A DNA stretch of 64,000 nucleotides from NCBI GenBank assembly GCA_965223205.1, contig OZ244990.1, positions 2,690,724-2,754,723 of the forward strand, read 5' to 3'. The translations under genes were made by a program, and so were the position numbers. Shown here in pieces: positions 1 through 9,498 of the stretch (the stretch's first letter is position 1; each line of letters begins with the position of its first letter). This DNA is from Candidatus Eiseniibacteriota bacterium (lineage in GTDB: Bacteria > Eisenbacteria > RBG-16-71-46 > CAVPCR01 > CBDCWB01). The notes beneath the pieces are model-generated. The model had not been told where the DNA came from. It saw only the letters and a list, made by a program, of their open reading frames with translations, and made no database searches.

Positions 1-191
1 ACCTACGCGTGGCCCACTACCGCCGCGCCCAAGAGTTGATTCACGCCGACGCGCCGTGGTGCCCGATCGCTCACAGCACCCAGCTCATTGCCTTTGACCA
101 GCGCGTCAAGAACTACATTTTGCATCCCACCGGCCAGGTCCGGTTTCGCGCCGTCACCTTTGCCGGCACCGATCAGGCGGCGGCTCACTAG
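1..191 (+). CDS. C-terminal fragment of a peptide/nickel ABC transporter substrate-binding protein (family 5 SBP); the 5' end lies outside the window
   Basis: The open frame runs in from the window edge and ends at the TAA at 189-191. It sits directly upstream of the DppB/DppC-type permease genes. The tail sequence (…FDQRVKNYILHPTGQVRFRAVTFAG) is typical of an SBP_bac_5 C-terminus. Confidence 0.45.
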   Translation, partial: LRVAHYRRAQELIHADAPWCPIAHSTQLIAFDQRVKNYILHPTGQVRFRAVTFAGTDQAAAH

Positions 192-223
192 GGCGCCGGC
201 GCGCCTCCTGGGGAGCGACGAGC

Positions 224-1231
224 GTGCACCGATACATCCTCCGCCGCGTCTTGTTGCTGTTTCCGACGCTTTTGGCGATCTCGTTTGCTGTTTTTTTGAT
301 GATCCACCTGGTGCCCGGGGATCCGGCTCAGGTGATGCTAGGGGAGCGAGCGACCCCCGAGGCGCTGGCCAGCCTGCGGACCGAGTTGGGGCTCAACGAC
401 CCGTGGCCCGTCCAATACGGTCGTTTTCTGGGGGGGCTAGTGCGCGGTGACTTGGGCCGCTCCATCAAGACGCACGAGCGGGTTGTCGACGAACTGCGCG
501 CCCGCTTTCCCGCCACCGCCGAATTGGCCACCGCCGCCATCTTCCTAGCTGCCGTCGTCGGCATCGCCACCGGCATCTTGGCCGCCACCCGGCGGGCGTC
601 GTGGATCGACTACACCAGCATGTTCACGGCATTGGCGGGCGTGTCGATGCCCATCTTCTGGCTGGGCCTGATGTTGATGCTGGCCTTCGGATTGCGGTTG
701 GGGTGGTTTCCGATCGCCGGTCGCCTGGCAACCGATGTCTCCATCGAGCCGTGGAGTGGCTTCTTGGTCCTGGATGCGCTGAAGAGCGGCAACTGGGTGG
801 CGCTCCGTTCCGCCGTCTCCCATCTGGTCCTACCGGCGGTGGCGCTGGCGACCGTGCCGATGGCGGTGATCGCTCGCATGACTCGCTCCAGCGTGCTCGA
901 GGTGTTGGAGCAAGACTACGTGCGCACCGCGCGCGCCAAGGGGCTCACCGAGTGGATCGTGGTCCTGCGCCACGCAGTGCGCAACGCCCTCATTCCCACC
1001 CTGACCGTTTTGGGTCTGCAATTCGGTTACCTCCTGGGTGGCGCGATCATTACCGAGACCATTTTTGCCTGGCCGGGGCTGGGGCGCTGGTTGCTGCTGG
1101 CGGTCTATGCGCGGGACTTCCGCGCCGTGCAGGGCGGCGTGCTCTTGATCGCCGCCGTTTTTGTACTGGTCAACTTGGTGGTCGACCTGCTCTACGCCGT
1201 CGCCGACCCGCGCATTCGCCATGCGGCTTGA
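224..1231 (+). CDS. ABC transporter permease, DppB/OppB family
   Basis: Complete 335-aa ORF with the N-terminal motif LRRVLLLFPTLLAISFAVFLMIHLVPGDPAQVMLGE and multiple TM segments. The BPD_transp_1 EAA-like region is conserved. Confidence 0.9.
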   Translation: MHRYILRRVLLLFPTLLAISFAVFLMIHLVPGDPAQVMLGERATPEALASLRTELGLNDPWPVQYGRFLGGLVRGDLGRSIKTHERVVDELRARFPATAELATAAIFLAAVVGIATGILAATRRASWIDYTSMFTALAGVSMPIFWLGLMLMLAFGLRLGWFPIAGRLATDVSIEPWSGFLVLDALKSGNWVALRSAVSHLVLPAVALATVPMAVIARMTRSSVLEVLEQDYVRTARAKGLTEWIVVLRHAVRNALIPTLTVLGLQFGYLLGGAIITETIFAWPGLGRWLLLAVYARDFRAVQGGVLLIAAVFVLVNLVVDLLYAVADPRIRHAA

Positions 1232-2072
1232 GGGGTTCCGAACCACCTGGCGACGTTTCCGGCGCAACCGGGGCGGCGTCGTCGGCGTCGTGGTGCTGGC
1301 GGCAGTCGTCGTTCTGGCGCTCGGCGCCGAGTGGCTCGCACCCCACGATCCGTTCGGCCAGGATCTGTATCTGGGCTACACCGAGCCGTCTCTTTCCCAC
1401 CCTCTGGGCACCGACGAATTCGGTCGCGACCTGGCCAGTCGCATCATCTACGGCGCTCGCATCTCGCTGATGGTCGGGGTGGTGTCCGTTTCGATTGCCT
1501 TGGTGCTCGGCACCCTCGCCGGGCTGGTGGCCGGCTACTACGGTGGCTGGCTGGACACTTGGCTCATGCGCCTCATGGATCTGATGCTGGCGTTTCCGGC
1601 GTTCTTGTTGGCGATCGTCGTCGTCGCTGTTTTGGGTCCGAGCCTCACCAACGCCATGATTGCAGTGGGTATCGTGCGCATTCCCCAGTATGCGCGGCTA
1701 GTGCGCGGATCAGTCCTGTCGCTTAAGGAGGCGGAGTTTGTCACCGCCCACCGCGCTTTGGGCGCCGGTGACCCAGCCATCCTCGGTCGCTCGATCCTAC
1801 TGAATGCGCTGCCGCCCCTGATTGTCCAGACGACGTTGGGAATGGGCACGTCGATTTTGGAGGCTGCGAGTTTGTCGTTCGTCGGCCTAGGCGCCCAGCC
1901 GCCCAGCCCCGAGTGGGGGGCGATGATGATTCAAGGTCGACAGCTCTTGCTTCGCGCCCCCTGGGTGGTGACCTGTCCCGGGGTGGCGATTTTCTTGACG
2001 GTGTTGGGCTTCAACATGGCCGGGGATGCTCTCCGCGATGCCCTTGACCCGCGCATGGTCCGTCAGTCGTGA
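1221..2072 (+). CDS. ABC transporter permease, DppC/OppC family
   Basis: The ATG at 1221 overlaps the upstream stop at 1229-1231. Contains the OppC N-terminal motif (HPLGTDEFGRDLASRIIYGARISL) and a permease TM core; the ORF-track start at 1161 is a frame extension. Confidence 0.9.
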   Translation: MRLEGFRTTWRRFRRNRGGVVGVVVLAAVVVLALGAEWLAPHDPFGQDLYLGYTEPSLSHPLGTDEFGRDLASRIIYGARISLMVGVVSVSIALVLGTLAGLVAGYYGGWLDTWLMRLMDLMLAFPAFLLAIVVVAVLGPSLTNAMIAVGIVRIPQYARLVRGSVLSLKEAEFVTAHRALGAGDPAILGRSILLNALPPLIVQTTLGMGTSILEAASLSFVGLGAQPPSPEWGAMMIQGRQLLLRAPWVVTCPGVAIFLTVLGFNMAGDALRDALDPRMVRQS

Positions 2073-2809
2073 CCTCGCGGTGCCTGGTCTGGGTGCTGAT
2101 GGTGGTGGTCGCCGGCGGCTGCACGGCGCGTCGCCCCGCCGTTTCACCAGCCGAACTCGAAGAAACCTTGGCGCCGCTCTTCGCCGAATCTGTCGAGCCG
2201 GTGGCCGCCTATGGCGAGTTGGAGCTGGAGGTGCGGGGGCGGCGGGTCGCTGGCAAGGTGCGGGTGCTCTTGGTGGGGGACCGCGCCCGGCTGGACGTCG
2301 AACTCCCCGGATTTTTCGGTCTCTTGGGCGGCACCACCACCCTCTGGGTCGACGCCACCTCACTCCGTTGGCGTGAGCCCGGCGCCTCCGCTCTGGTCAC
2401 CGGCGACGACCCGGTCTTGACCGAAACCCTGGGCAGACCGGTCCGCGCCCGGGACGTGCGCCTGATGGTATTGGGGTTGCGGGGCCTCTGGCCCTACCCC
2501 GAGGCCGCGCGGCGCGCCGAGCACCTGGATGGAGCCGGCAACTGGCAGCTGGAGCTGTCCGGCGGTCGGATGGAAGCGGCGCTGATTCAGGCGAGCCCCG
2601 CCCAGCTTAGCTGGCTGGAACTGCGACACCCGTCGGGTCTTTTGGCCCGGGCGGTTTTCGATGCCCACCGACGCCAGGGGGCGTGGTGGATCCCCGCTCG
2701 GGTGCAGGTGCGCTCGCCGCCCAACGGCAATTGGATTCGGGTAAGATGGAAACGCTATAGATGGCAACTGGATAACGCGTTAAGCCAATTGGCATGGCCC
2801 GCGGACTAG
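2069..2809 (+). CDS. putative outer-membrane lipoprotein (LolB-like / DUF4292-like)
   Basis: Signal peptide with a lipobox (VVAGGCTA) and a length of about 245 aa. The start overlaps the dppC stop; the family assignment is by resemblance only. Confidence 0.4.
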   Translation: MTSRCLVWVLMVVVAGGCTARRPAVSPAELEETLAPLFAESVEPVAAYGELELEVRGRRVAGKVRVLLVGDRARLDVELPGFFGLLGGTTTLWVDATSLRWREPGASALVTGDDPVLTETLGRPVRARDVRLMVLGLRGLWPYPEAARRAEHLDGAGNWQLELSGGRMEAALIQASPAQLSWLELRHPSGLLARAVFDAHRRQGAWWIPARVQVRSPPNGNWIRVRWKRYRWQLDNALSQLAWPAD

Positions 2810-2879
2810 CGGCCCGCTCAGTCGGCGGCGTGCTTTCACCCTGTGGAACCAGCCCGGTACCGGCGCTGTACTGGGCGTT

Positions 2880-3515
2880 GTGGGGATCATTGCATTGACA
2901 CTGAAGGGTAGCGAGTCGGGCGCCGAGGATCTGAAGGCCCTCTCCGACGAAGAAGTTATGGTGCGGTGTGCCCAGGGCTCGGAGCCGGCTTTCGAGATCA
3001 TCGTCCGGCGCTATCAGTCCCGGGTGATCAACCTGGTAACTCGCTTCATCGGCGACTACGATCGCGCCCACGACATTGCCCAGGAAGTGTTCATTCGCGT
3101 CTACCGCAATCGGGAGCGCTACCGCAAGAGCGGCAAGTTCTCGACGTGGATCTTCACGATCGCGGCCAACCTGGCGAAGAATGAAATTCGTCGCAAGGTG
3201 CGCCACCGCAACGTCCTGTCGCTGGACGAAGAGCGCGAATTTGGCTCACTCAGCCAAACTGTGCCGGACTCCGGACCGACGCCGCGGACCAACCTCGAGC
3301 GTTCCGAGTTGGAGCGAATGATCTTGGCCGCCATCGAAGAACTGCCCGAGCGTTATCGCATGGCCTTGGTGCTGCGTGACATAGAAGACCTGTCCTACGA
3401 TGAAGTGAGCAAGGTCTTGGGTATCCCGGGTGGCACGGTGCGTTCGCGCATCAACCGTGCTCGCCTCATGGTGAAAGAAAAACTGGAACACCGAGTGAGG
3501 GTTGACTACCTATGA
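2880..3515 (+). CDS. RNA polymerase sigma-70 factor, ECF subfamily
   Basis: Sigma-70 region 2 (…EVFIRVYRNRERYR…FSTWIFTIAANLAKNEIRRK) and region 4 (ELPERYRMALVLRDIEDLSYDEVSKVLGIPGGTVRSRINRAR). The exact start is uncertain. Confidence 0.85.
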   Translation: MGIIALTLKGSESGAEDLKALSDEEVMVRCAQGSEPAFEIIVRRYQSRVINLVTRFIGDYDRAHDIAQEVFIRVYRNRERYRKSGKFSTWIFTIAANLAKNEIRRKVRHRNVLSLDEEREFGSLSQTVPDSGPTPRTNLERSELERMILAAIEELPERYRMALVLRDIEDLSYDEVSKVLGIPGGTVRSRINRARLMVKEKLEHRVRVDYL

Positions 3516-4222
3516 ACTGTAAGGCTACAAAGAAGCTGTTGTCTGCGTTCATGGAATCGGATGTCAACGAAGTCGAGCGCCGAGAAGTCAAAGACCACTT
3601 GCGGAGCTGCGTGGCTTGCGCCAGTGAGCTTGAGGCTTTGAAGAAGACGGTGACCATGATTCGCTGGTTGCCCAAGCTTGAGGCTGAGCCCAGTTTCAGC
3701 TCAGCGCTCATGGCGCGCCTCGACGAAGAGCCCGCGGCCGGGCCGAAGTGGTTCGAAGTTTGGCGCCAACGGCTGGACACCTGGCGCCGGGCTTGGGTGC
3801 CCGACGCTGGTTGGACCGTGCCCTTAGCTCAGGCGGCGGTGGTCTTGGTGCTCGGCCTGAGTTTGGGGATCTTCGGCGCCAGCCGCCTGGGCGGCAACAC
3901 GGCAGAAGTCGGAGCGCCTTTGGCCGAAGCGCCGGCGGCAATCCAAAACACGGCCGAGGCTACGCCGGCGCCGCCGGCCGCCAGTTCGACCAACTCGGCC
4001 CCCGAAGCCCGGCCGGTCATGCGGCGCCGCTCGCAACCGATCGCCGTGCAAAACGTCGGGCAGAGTGCCCGGGCACCGCATGTTCTGGGGCCCATGTATG
4101 GCCCGCCGTCGATCGGCAAGGTGGAGTATGTCTTGGAACAGCTGCCGCCCCGAACCCATGCCCGTGGCGGCCGCCAGGTGCTGCAGAACGTTCACGTCCA
4201 AGACGGCTACATCACTTTTTAG
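3512..4222 (+). CDS. anti-sigma factor (zinc-finger type, single-pass membrane)
   Basis: ATGA-coupled to the sigma factor gene. The N-terminus has an H-x3-C-x2-C motif (HLRSCVACASELEAL), followed by a TM segment (VPLAQAAVVLVLGLSLGIFGA) and an Ala/Pro-rich periplasmic tail. Confidence 0.6.
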   Translation: MNCKATKKLLSAFMESDVNEVERREVKDHLRSCVACASELEALKKTVTMIRWLPKLEAEPSFSSALMARLDEEPAAGPKWFEVWRQRLDTWRRAWVPDAGWTVPLAQAAVVLVLGLSLGIFGASRLGGNTAEVGAPLAEAPAAIQNTAEATPAPPAASSTNSAPEARPVMRRRSQPIAVQNVGQSARAPHVLGPMYGPPSIGKVEYVLEQLPPRTHARGGRQVLQNVHVQDGYITF

Positions 4223-4238
4223 GGTCAGGGTAAGCCAC

Positions 4239-5399
4239 GTGCGCCCCGCTCGACACGAGCCTCCACCGGTTGGCGATGGGCGGCTTTGCCGCTGGGCCGC
4301 CGTTTGGTTTGCTGTCCTTGCCCTCGCCGCCCACCTGCCGGCCAGGGCTCAGGTCCCCTGCGACCTCTCGTCTTTTCAGGTTGAGTTCCGCCGCCTGGTC
4401 GACGCCGTCGAGCCCGGGGTGGTCAAAGTGATCGCCTACAGCCAAATGCAGCAGGCCGGCGACACCGACCTACCCGAACCAGTGAAAGAAAGCGTTGGTT
4501 CCGGCGTCGTCATAGATCGCCAGGGGCACGTCCTGACTGCCCGCAGCGTCGTCGGCCAAAGTCGCTTGATCTTCGTGCGCACCGATGCAGGAGAGCAACA
4601 CGACGCCGTTTTTCTCGGCGAAGACGCCGGCACCGGGCTGGCACTGCTCATGGTGGGTGGCGCCACACTCAGGCCGGCGCGCATGGGCAAACCCCAGGGG
4701 CTCGAGCCCGGCGCTTGGCTCATCACCGTCGGCCAGGGTGCCTCGGAATACCCCAATTCCTCGCTGGGCGTGTTCCTAGAACGTCCCAGCGCCGGATTGC
4801 TGCAGACTTCTGCGCGAGCCTTCCCGGGGCAGACCGGCGGCGCGGTGATCAACGTCGCCGGCGAAGTCGTCGGCTTGTTGCTTGGCGAGATGGAGGCTAA
4901 CCCGCCCCAGCCGGTGGGCGCCGCCTTTTCGGCGGCTGTGCCCATCGACGTCGCCGAGCGCGTCGCTGGGGAGATAGCTGAGGTGGGTGGACCCCGCGCC
5001 CGCGGCTTTTTGGGTGTGCAGGTACAAGCTGCCAAGCAAGGTCTCAAGGTCCTCTTGGATTTCGACAAGGGTGTATTGATTGGCTCGGTCTTGCCCAATT
5101 CGCCCGCCGATCCCACCATTGAAGCGGGTGACGTCATTCGCACCTTCGACGGGGTGCCGGTCGAGACCCCCGAACAGTTCGCCGAATTGGTGGCCAGCAA
5201 AGAGCCGGGCGATGCTTGCGTTGTGGAGTTATTGCGGGGTGACATCGAGCTGACCCGACGGGTCGTCCTTGGCGCCGCGCCTCGCCGCCAGCTGGCCCCG
5301 GCCGACTCGACGAACGACGCGCGATTGAACGTCTTGCGCCAGCGGATTGACGCGCTGCGGCAGGAACTGGAGCGGCTCGAGAGTCAGATCGACCGCTAG
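4239..5399 (+). CDS. trypsin-like serine protease with C-terminal PDZ domain (HtrA/DegP/DegS family)
   Basis: Proposed GTG start at 4239 followed by a signal peptide. The protease core is GSGVVIDRQGHVLTARSVV … GQTGGAVINVAGEVVGLL, with a PDZ-like region (VLIGSVLPNSPADPTIEAGDVIRTFDGVPV). The ORF-track start at 4065 overlaps the anti-sigma gene and is unlikely. Confidence 0.75.
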   Translation: MRPARHEPPPVGDGRLCRWAAVWFAVLALAAHLPARAQVPCDLSSFQVEFRRLVDAVEPGVVKVIAYSQMQQAGDTDLPEPVKESVGSGVVIDRQGHVLTARSVVGQSRLIFVRTDAGEQHDAVFLGEDAGTGLALLMVGGATLRPARMGKPQGLEPGAWLITVGQGASEYPNSSLGVFLERPSAGLLQTSARAFPGQTGGAVINVAGEVVGLLLGEMEANPPQPVGAAFSAAVPIDVAERVAGEIAEVGGPRARGFLGVQVQAAKQGLKVLLDFDKGVLIGSVLPNSPADPTIEAGDVIRTFDGVPVETPEQFAELVASKEPGDACVVELLRGDIELTRRVVLGAAPRRQLAPADSTNDARLNVLRQRIDALRQELERLESQIDR

Positions 5400-5428
5400 T
5401 CGCCGGCCGCTGCCGGCAGGGGAACGGG

Positions 5429-6463
5429 ATGCACAGGGGGGTTCGGAGCGGCCGAGACGGCGCTGGGGGGGCACCAGTGGCTGCCGCGCTTCTGGTTTTG
5501 GGTTGCCTTGGTGCCCAGTGTGACAAGTTGGTGCCGGCCATTGGCCCCTCGGGTGAGGTCGTCGTTGTCACCCACCTACCGGCCCAGGATGCCGCCTACG
5601 CCGCGCTCCGCCAGGCCTTCGAGCGCGAGGTCCTGGTCGTCCGTCCAGAGCCGGCGTTCCGCCTGGAGGCGTTACAAGCCAGCCAACTCGACCGCGTCAA
5701 GCACACGCGCAACCTCGCGGTGATGGTTGATCTGTCCCGCCGCGACGCGCTCACCGAGCGCCTGCGGGCGCTGGTGGGCGAAGCGCTGTACACGGACATG
5801 GTCACCGGCCACCGCTTCGACGCCCTGTACGCCGACGTCTGGGCAAACGGTCAGTCGGTGTTGGTCCTCGCCGCCCCCACCGCTGACCAACTCGAGCGCG
5901 CCATCCGCGACAACGCCGATCGTCTGTTTCAGCAGTTTGAAGAAAGTGTGCTGCGACAAACGCTACCGGTCATTTTGGCCATGGGTGAGCAGACCGACTA
6001 CCGGAGTTACTTGGGGTCGAAGTACGGTTGGTCGCTGCGCATCCCCAAGGGCTACATCGTTTCCGAGGACGAAGAGGAGCACGTTGTCCGCTGTCTGATG
6101 ACCCAGGGTGGCGTGCGACTCATGTTCGTGCATTGGCAGGACGGCCATCGACGGCTGCCGAGCCCCGATGAGTGTGCCGATATCCGTGCCCGCGTCGCCT
6201 ACCTGTACGATCAGGACACCATGCCGCGCGAGCTAGTCGAGCACACCCGTGGAGAATTCTTGTCCTATCGGACGATCAAGCTCAATGGCATTTGGCAGAA
6301 CGAGCGCGACACCAAGGGTGGGCCGTTTCGCACGGTGTGTTTTATGGATGGAGACCGGTTCTACATGATCGACATGCTGGTGTTTGCCCCGAATTCTCCG
6401 AAGCTCGACCTCATGCGGCAGGTCGAGGCGATCGCCCGGACGTTTCGTGACGAGCGCGAGTAA
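5429..6463 (+). CDS. hypothetical lipoprotein (possibly DUF4837-like)
   Basis: Lipobox LLVLGCLGAQC, 344 aa, with no recognisable catalytic motif; the last gene of the sigma/anti-sigma/protease cluster. Confidence 0.45.
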   Translation: MHRGVRSGRDGAGGAPVAAALLVLGCLGAQCDKLVPAIGPSGEVVVVTHLPAQDAAYAALRQAFEREVLVVRPEPAFRLEALQASQLDRVKHTRNLAVMVDLSRRDALTERLRALVGEALYTDMVTGHRFDALYADVWANGQSVLVLAAPTADQLERAIRDNADRLFQQFEESVLRQTLPVILAMGEQTDYRSYLGSKYGWSLRIPKGYIVSEDEEEHVVRCLMTQGGVRLMFVHWQDGHRRLPSPDECADIRARVAYLYDQDTMPRELVEHTRGEFLSYRTIKLNGIWQNERDTKGGPFRTVCFMDGDRFYMIDMLVFAPNSPKLDLMRQVEAIARTFRDERE

Positions 6464-6468
6464 GAGCT

Positions 6469-7560
6469 GTGGCTGAGCGCGCTGTCGCGGTGCGACTGCC
6501 CGGCGGGCGCAGCTACGACGTATGCCTGGCCTCGGGGTGGGGAGGGGCCGGGGCACGCCTGGCTGCTCTCAGCTTGGCCGGACCGGTGCTCCTGGTCTCC
6601 GACACGACGGTGGCGCCGCTCTATGCCAAGCCGGTCGAGCGCTTGCTCAGGGCGGCGGGAGCGCGCCCCCGGCGGCTGGTGTTGCCAAGCGGCGAACGCT
6701 GGAAGACGTTGAAGGTGGTGGAGCGGATCTACCGGGCGGCGCTGGAGCATGGACTCGACCGCGGCGGGGCGCTGGTAGCGCTGGGCGGTGGAGTCATCGG
6801 TGATATGACCGGTTTCGCCGCCGCCACCTATCTGCGCGGCGTCGACTTCGTGCAGTTCCCAACCACGCTCCTGGCCATGGTGGATGCATCGGTGGGTGGC
6901 AAGACCGGAGTCAACCTGCCCGAGGGCAAGAACCTGGTGGGAGCCTTCCACCAGCCGCGGTTGGTCTACGCCGCCCTCGAGACGCTGTCGACCTTGGCGT
7001 CTCGGCAGGTCAGGGCAGGGCTTGCCGAGGTGATCAAGAGCGGCATGATCGCCGACGCTCGACTTGTGCGGCACTTGGAGCGGCACGTCGAACAGGTCCT
7101 GGCCCTGGACCCCGAGCCACTAGCAGTCGCCGTCGAGGCCGCCGTGCGCGTCAAAGCCCGCATCGTGCGTGCCGACGAGCGCGAGCGCGGTCAGCGCGCG
7201 CTGTTGAACTACGGCCACACGGTCGGGCACGCGCTCGAGGCGGCTACTAGTTACCGCCGGTTCTTGCACGGCGAAGCGGTGGCTCTGGGCATGATAGCGG
7301 CCGCAGCGCTCGGTCAGGCCATGGGGATCACCCCGGCGCGCGCCGCCCACCGGCAGGGAGAACTGATCCGCCGGGCCGGTTTGCCACTCGAAGCAAACGT
7401 CGCGGTGGCACCGGTGCTCGACGCTCTACGCTACGACAAGAAAATCAAAGGCGGCGTGCTGCGCGTCGTATTGACTTCGAAAGTGGGCTCTGCTAGCTTG
7501 CACGCCAGTCCGCGCGCCGCGGTCCTGAAGCGCGCAATTGCGACCATCTCCTCCTCATAA
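6469..7560 (+). CDS. aroB: 3-dehydroquinate synthase
   Basis: Glycine-rich NAD loop (ALGGGVIGDMTGFAAATYLRGVDFVQFPTTLLAMVDASVGGKTGVN) and metal-binding HxxxH (HTVGHALE). Confidence 0.9.
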   Translation: MAERAVAVRLPGGRSYDVCLASGWGGAGARLAALSLAGPVLLVSDTTVAPLYAKPVERLLRAAGARPRRLVLPSGERWKTLKVVERIYRAALEHGLDRGGALVALGGGVIGDMTGFAAATYLRGVDFVQFPTTLLAMVDASVGGKTGVNLPEGKNLVGAFHQPRLVYAALETLSTLASRQVRAGLAEVIKSGMIADARLVRHLERHVEQVLALDPEPLAVAVEAAVRVKARIVRADERERGQRALLNYGHTVGHALEAATSYRRFLHGEAVALGMIAAAALGQAMGITPARAAHRQGELIRRAGLPLEANVAVAPVLDALRYDKKIKGGVLRVVLTSKVGSASLHASPRAAVLKRAIATISSS

Positions 7561-7613
7561 CCACAACGCCACGGTCCAACCACCGCTAGAGATCGGTGGG
7601 TGCGGAGTAGGCC

Positions 7614-8330
7614 ATGACCGACGTCGATCTTGCATCCCCCGACGATCGGTTGCGTTGGTTGCGTTCCAAGGCGGCTGCCGACGCCGAAGGTCGCTGGTTT
7701 CTGCCCCTTGCCGGCGCGCTCTTGGAGTTTGGTTTTCTGAGTGAGGCACTGCGGGTGCTTCGGGCTGGGCTGGCCCAGAACCCCGAGCCGCTGGCTGGTT
7801 GGATCCTCTTCGGTCGCGCACTCCTGCAAGCTGGCCAACTCGATGTTGCCACTCGGGTGTTTGACAACGTCCTGGCCCAAGATCGTGACAACGTCGTGGC
7901 GCTCAAGACCATGGCGGAGGTGGCCAGCCGCGCGGGCGACCAGCGGCAGGCGGCGGCTTGCTGCAGGCGTCTTCTGGCGATTGTGCCTGGCGATCTAGAG
8001 GTGCAGCGCCGGCTCGCCGAACTCTCTGCCGAGGAGTCGAAGCCACCCGCCCCGGCAGAACGCGCCCCCGGCTGGCAGCGGCTGGATGCACGCCTGGAGG
8101 AAGCGGTGCGCGCCGTCGAACACCCCCAAAACGGCGCATCGCCGGCCGCCCCAGCCCCCAAGGCGCCCGCACCGCCGGCCGATAATCCGGCCAAGCGTGC
8201 ACTTGAACCAGCGGCACGCTTGATCCAGCCGGCGCCAGGAGAGCCAGGCGAGGTGTCCGAGGCGCCGCCACAGATGGTCAAGTTCATGCGATGGATCGAG
8301 CAGATGGCCGACAGCCCGGGCAAAAGCTAG
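7614..8330 (+). CDS. TPR-repeat protein with a Pro/Ala-rich C-terminal region
   Basis: Tetratricopeptide-like helical repeats (…ALRVLRAGLAQNPEPLAGWILFGRALLQAGQLDVATRVFDNVLAQD…) followed by a low-complexity PAPKAPAPP tail. Confidence 0.55.
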   Translation: MTDVDLASPDDRLRWLRSKAAADAEGRWFLPLAGALLEFGFLSEALRVLRAGLAQNPEPLAGWILFGRALLQAGQLDVATRVFDNVLAQDRDNVVALKTMAEVASRAGDQRQAAACCRRLLAIVPGDLEVQRRLAELSAEESKPPAPAERAPGWQRLDARLEEAVRAVEHPQNGASPAAPAPKAPAPPADNPAKRALEPAARLIQPAPGEPGEVSEAPPQMVKFMRWIEQMADSPGKS

Positions 8331-8341
8331 GTGGGGTGTCC

Positions 8342-8809
8342 ATGCGACTGTTGATCTTGAATGGCCCCAACCTGAACCTGTTGGGCGAGCGCGAGCCGGA
8401 GGTCTACGGCGCTGCCACGCTTGCCGACGCCATGCAGGAGGCCGAGGCAACGGCTCGCGGGCTGGGTTTTACCGTCCAGCATCTGCAGTCCAATCATGAG
8501 GGGGTGCTCATCGACGCCATCCATGCGGCTAGGCGCGAAGTGCGGGGCATCGTCATCAACCCGGGAGGGTTCACCCACACCAGCGTGGCACTGCGCGATG
8601 CGCTGGCAGCGGTGGCTTGCCCGGTCGTCGAGATCCACATCTCCAACCCGGCGGCGCGGGAAAGCTTCCGGCGCCGCTCCTTGATCGCACCGGTGGCCAC
8701 CGGCGTTATCTCTGGCTTTGGAATCGCCGGCTATTCGCTTGCCGTGCAAGCCGTTTGGCACTATGTTGGGGCCGTAAAGGGCCCTGAAACCGGCAACGCC
8801 GACGCGTAG
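8342..8809 (+). CDS. aroQ: type II 3-dehydroquinate dehydratase
   Basis: MRLLILNGPNLNLLGEREPEVYG … INPGGFTHTSVALRDA … HISN is the canonical type II DHQase signature. Confidence 0.9.
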   Translation: MRLLILNGPNLNLLGEREPEVYGAATLADAMQEAEATARGLGFTVQHLQSNHEGVLIDAIHAARREVRGIVINPGGFTHTSVALRDALAAVACPVVEIHISNPAARESFRRRSLIAPVATGVISGFGIAGYSLAVQAVWHYVGAVKGPETGNADA

Positions 8810-8833
8810 CGCCGGCAGAGTGAGGTCAGAGCG

Positions 8834-9295
8834 ATGCGCATGGATGAGATACGCAGTCTCGTCCGGCTCCTCGAAGAGAGCGAGGTGTCGGAGATCGAAG
8901 TGCGTCGTTGGTGGTGGGGGCGCATCCGCGTCGCCAAAGATGCGGCCGGCCAAGTGGTCAATGGCCACGCACCGCCCAAGAACGGCGACGCACCACCGGC
9001 GGTGCCGCCCGCCGTTGCGTCTCCGCCAGTGGTTGACGCCGCCCCCGAGACCGGTCATCAGCAAATCATCTCACCGATGGTCGGAACCTTTTACCGGGCC
9101 CCAGCCCCGGACGCCGACCCTTACATCGATGTGGGGCAGCGTGTCGATGTGGGGCAGACGGTGTGCATTGTCGAAGCCATGAAGCTGATGAACGAGATCG
9201 AGTCGGACGTGCGCGGTCGCGTCGTTGAGGTCTTGGTCGAGAACACACAGCCGGTCGAGTACGGACAGCCCCTGTTCGTCATCGACCCAGACTGA
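8834..9295 (+). CDS. accB: acetyl-CoA carboxylase biotin carboxyl carrier protein
   Basis: C-terminal biotinyl domain with the [10 protein letters not shown] motif, followed by [26 protein letters not shown]. Confidence 0.85.
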   Translation: MRMDEIRSLVRLLEESEVSEIEVRRWWWGRIRVAKDAAGQVVNGHAPPKNGDAPPAVPPAVASPPVVDAAPETGHQQIISPMVGTFYRAPAPDADPYIDVGQRVDVGQTVCIVEAMKLMNEIESDVRGRVVEVLVENTQPVEYGQPLFVIDPD

Positions 9296-9498
9296 GGCAG
9301 GCGCCACCCCCGGGTCCAGAACCTCGCTTTCCCGCAGGACGCAATGCTTGGCGCTGTGGGTCGCCACGCTGGCCCCTCTGGCACCGCACCAAGCCTGCCT
9401 CGCCGCGCTCCCAGGCCTCCCGGTCGTCGGCATTAAACTTGCCTCTTCTCGATGGACTTGGACCGAACAGTCGGGACCTGTGTCGAGGAGGGACACTC

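Noticed and set aside
1161-1220. N-terminal extension of the dppC-like ORF (and the similar extension 4065-4238 of the HtrA-like ORF)
   Set aside because: Extensions overlap the preceding genes' coding sequence; internal ATG/GTG starts positioned at stop-start junctions give proteins matching family N-termini or signal peptides.
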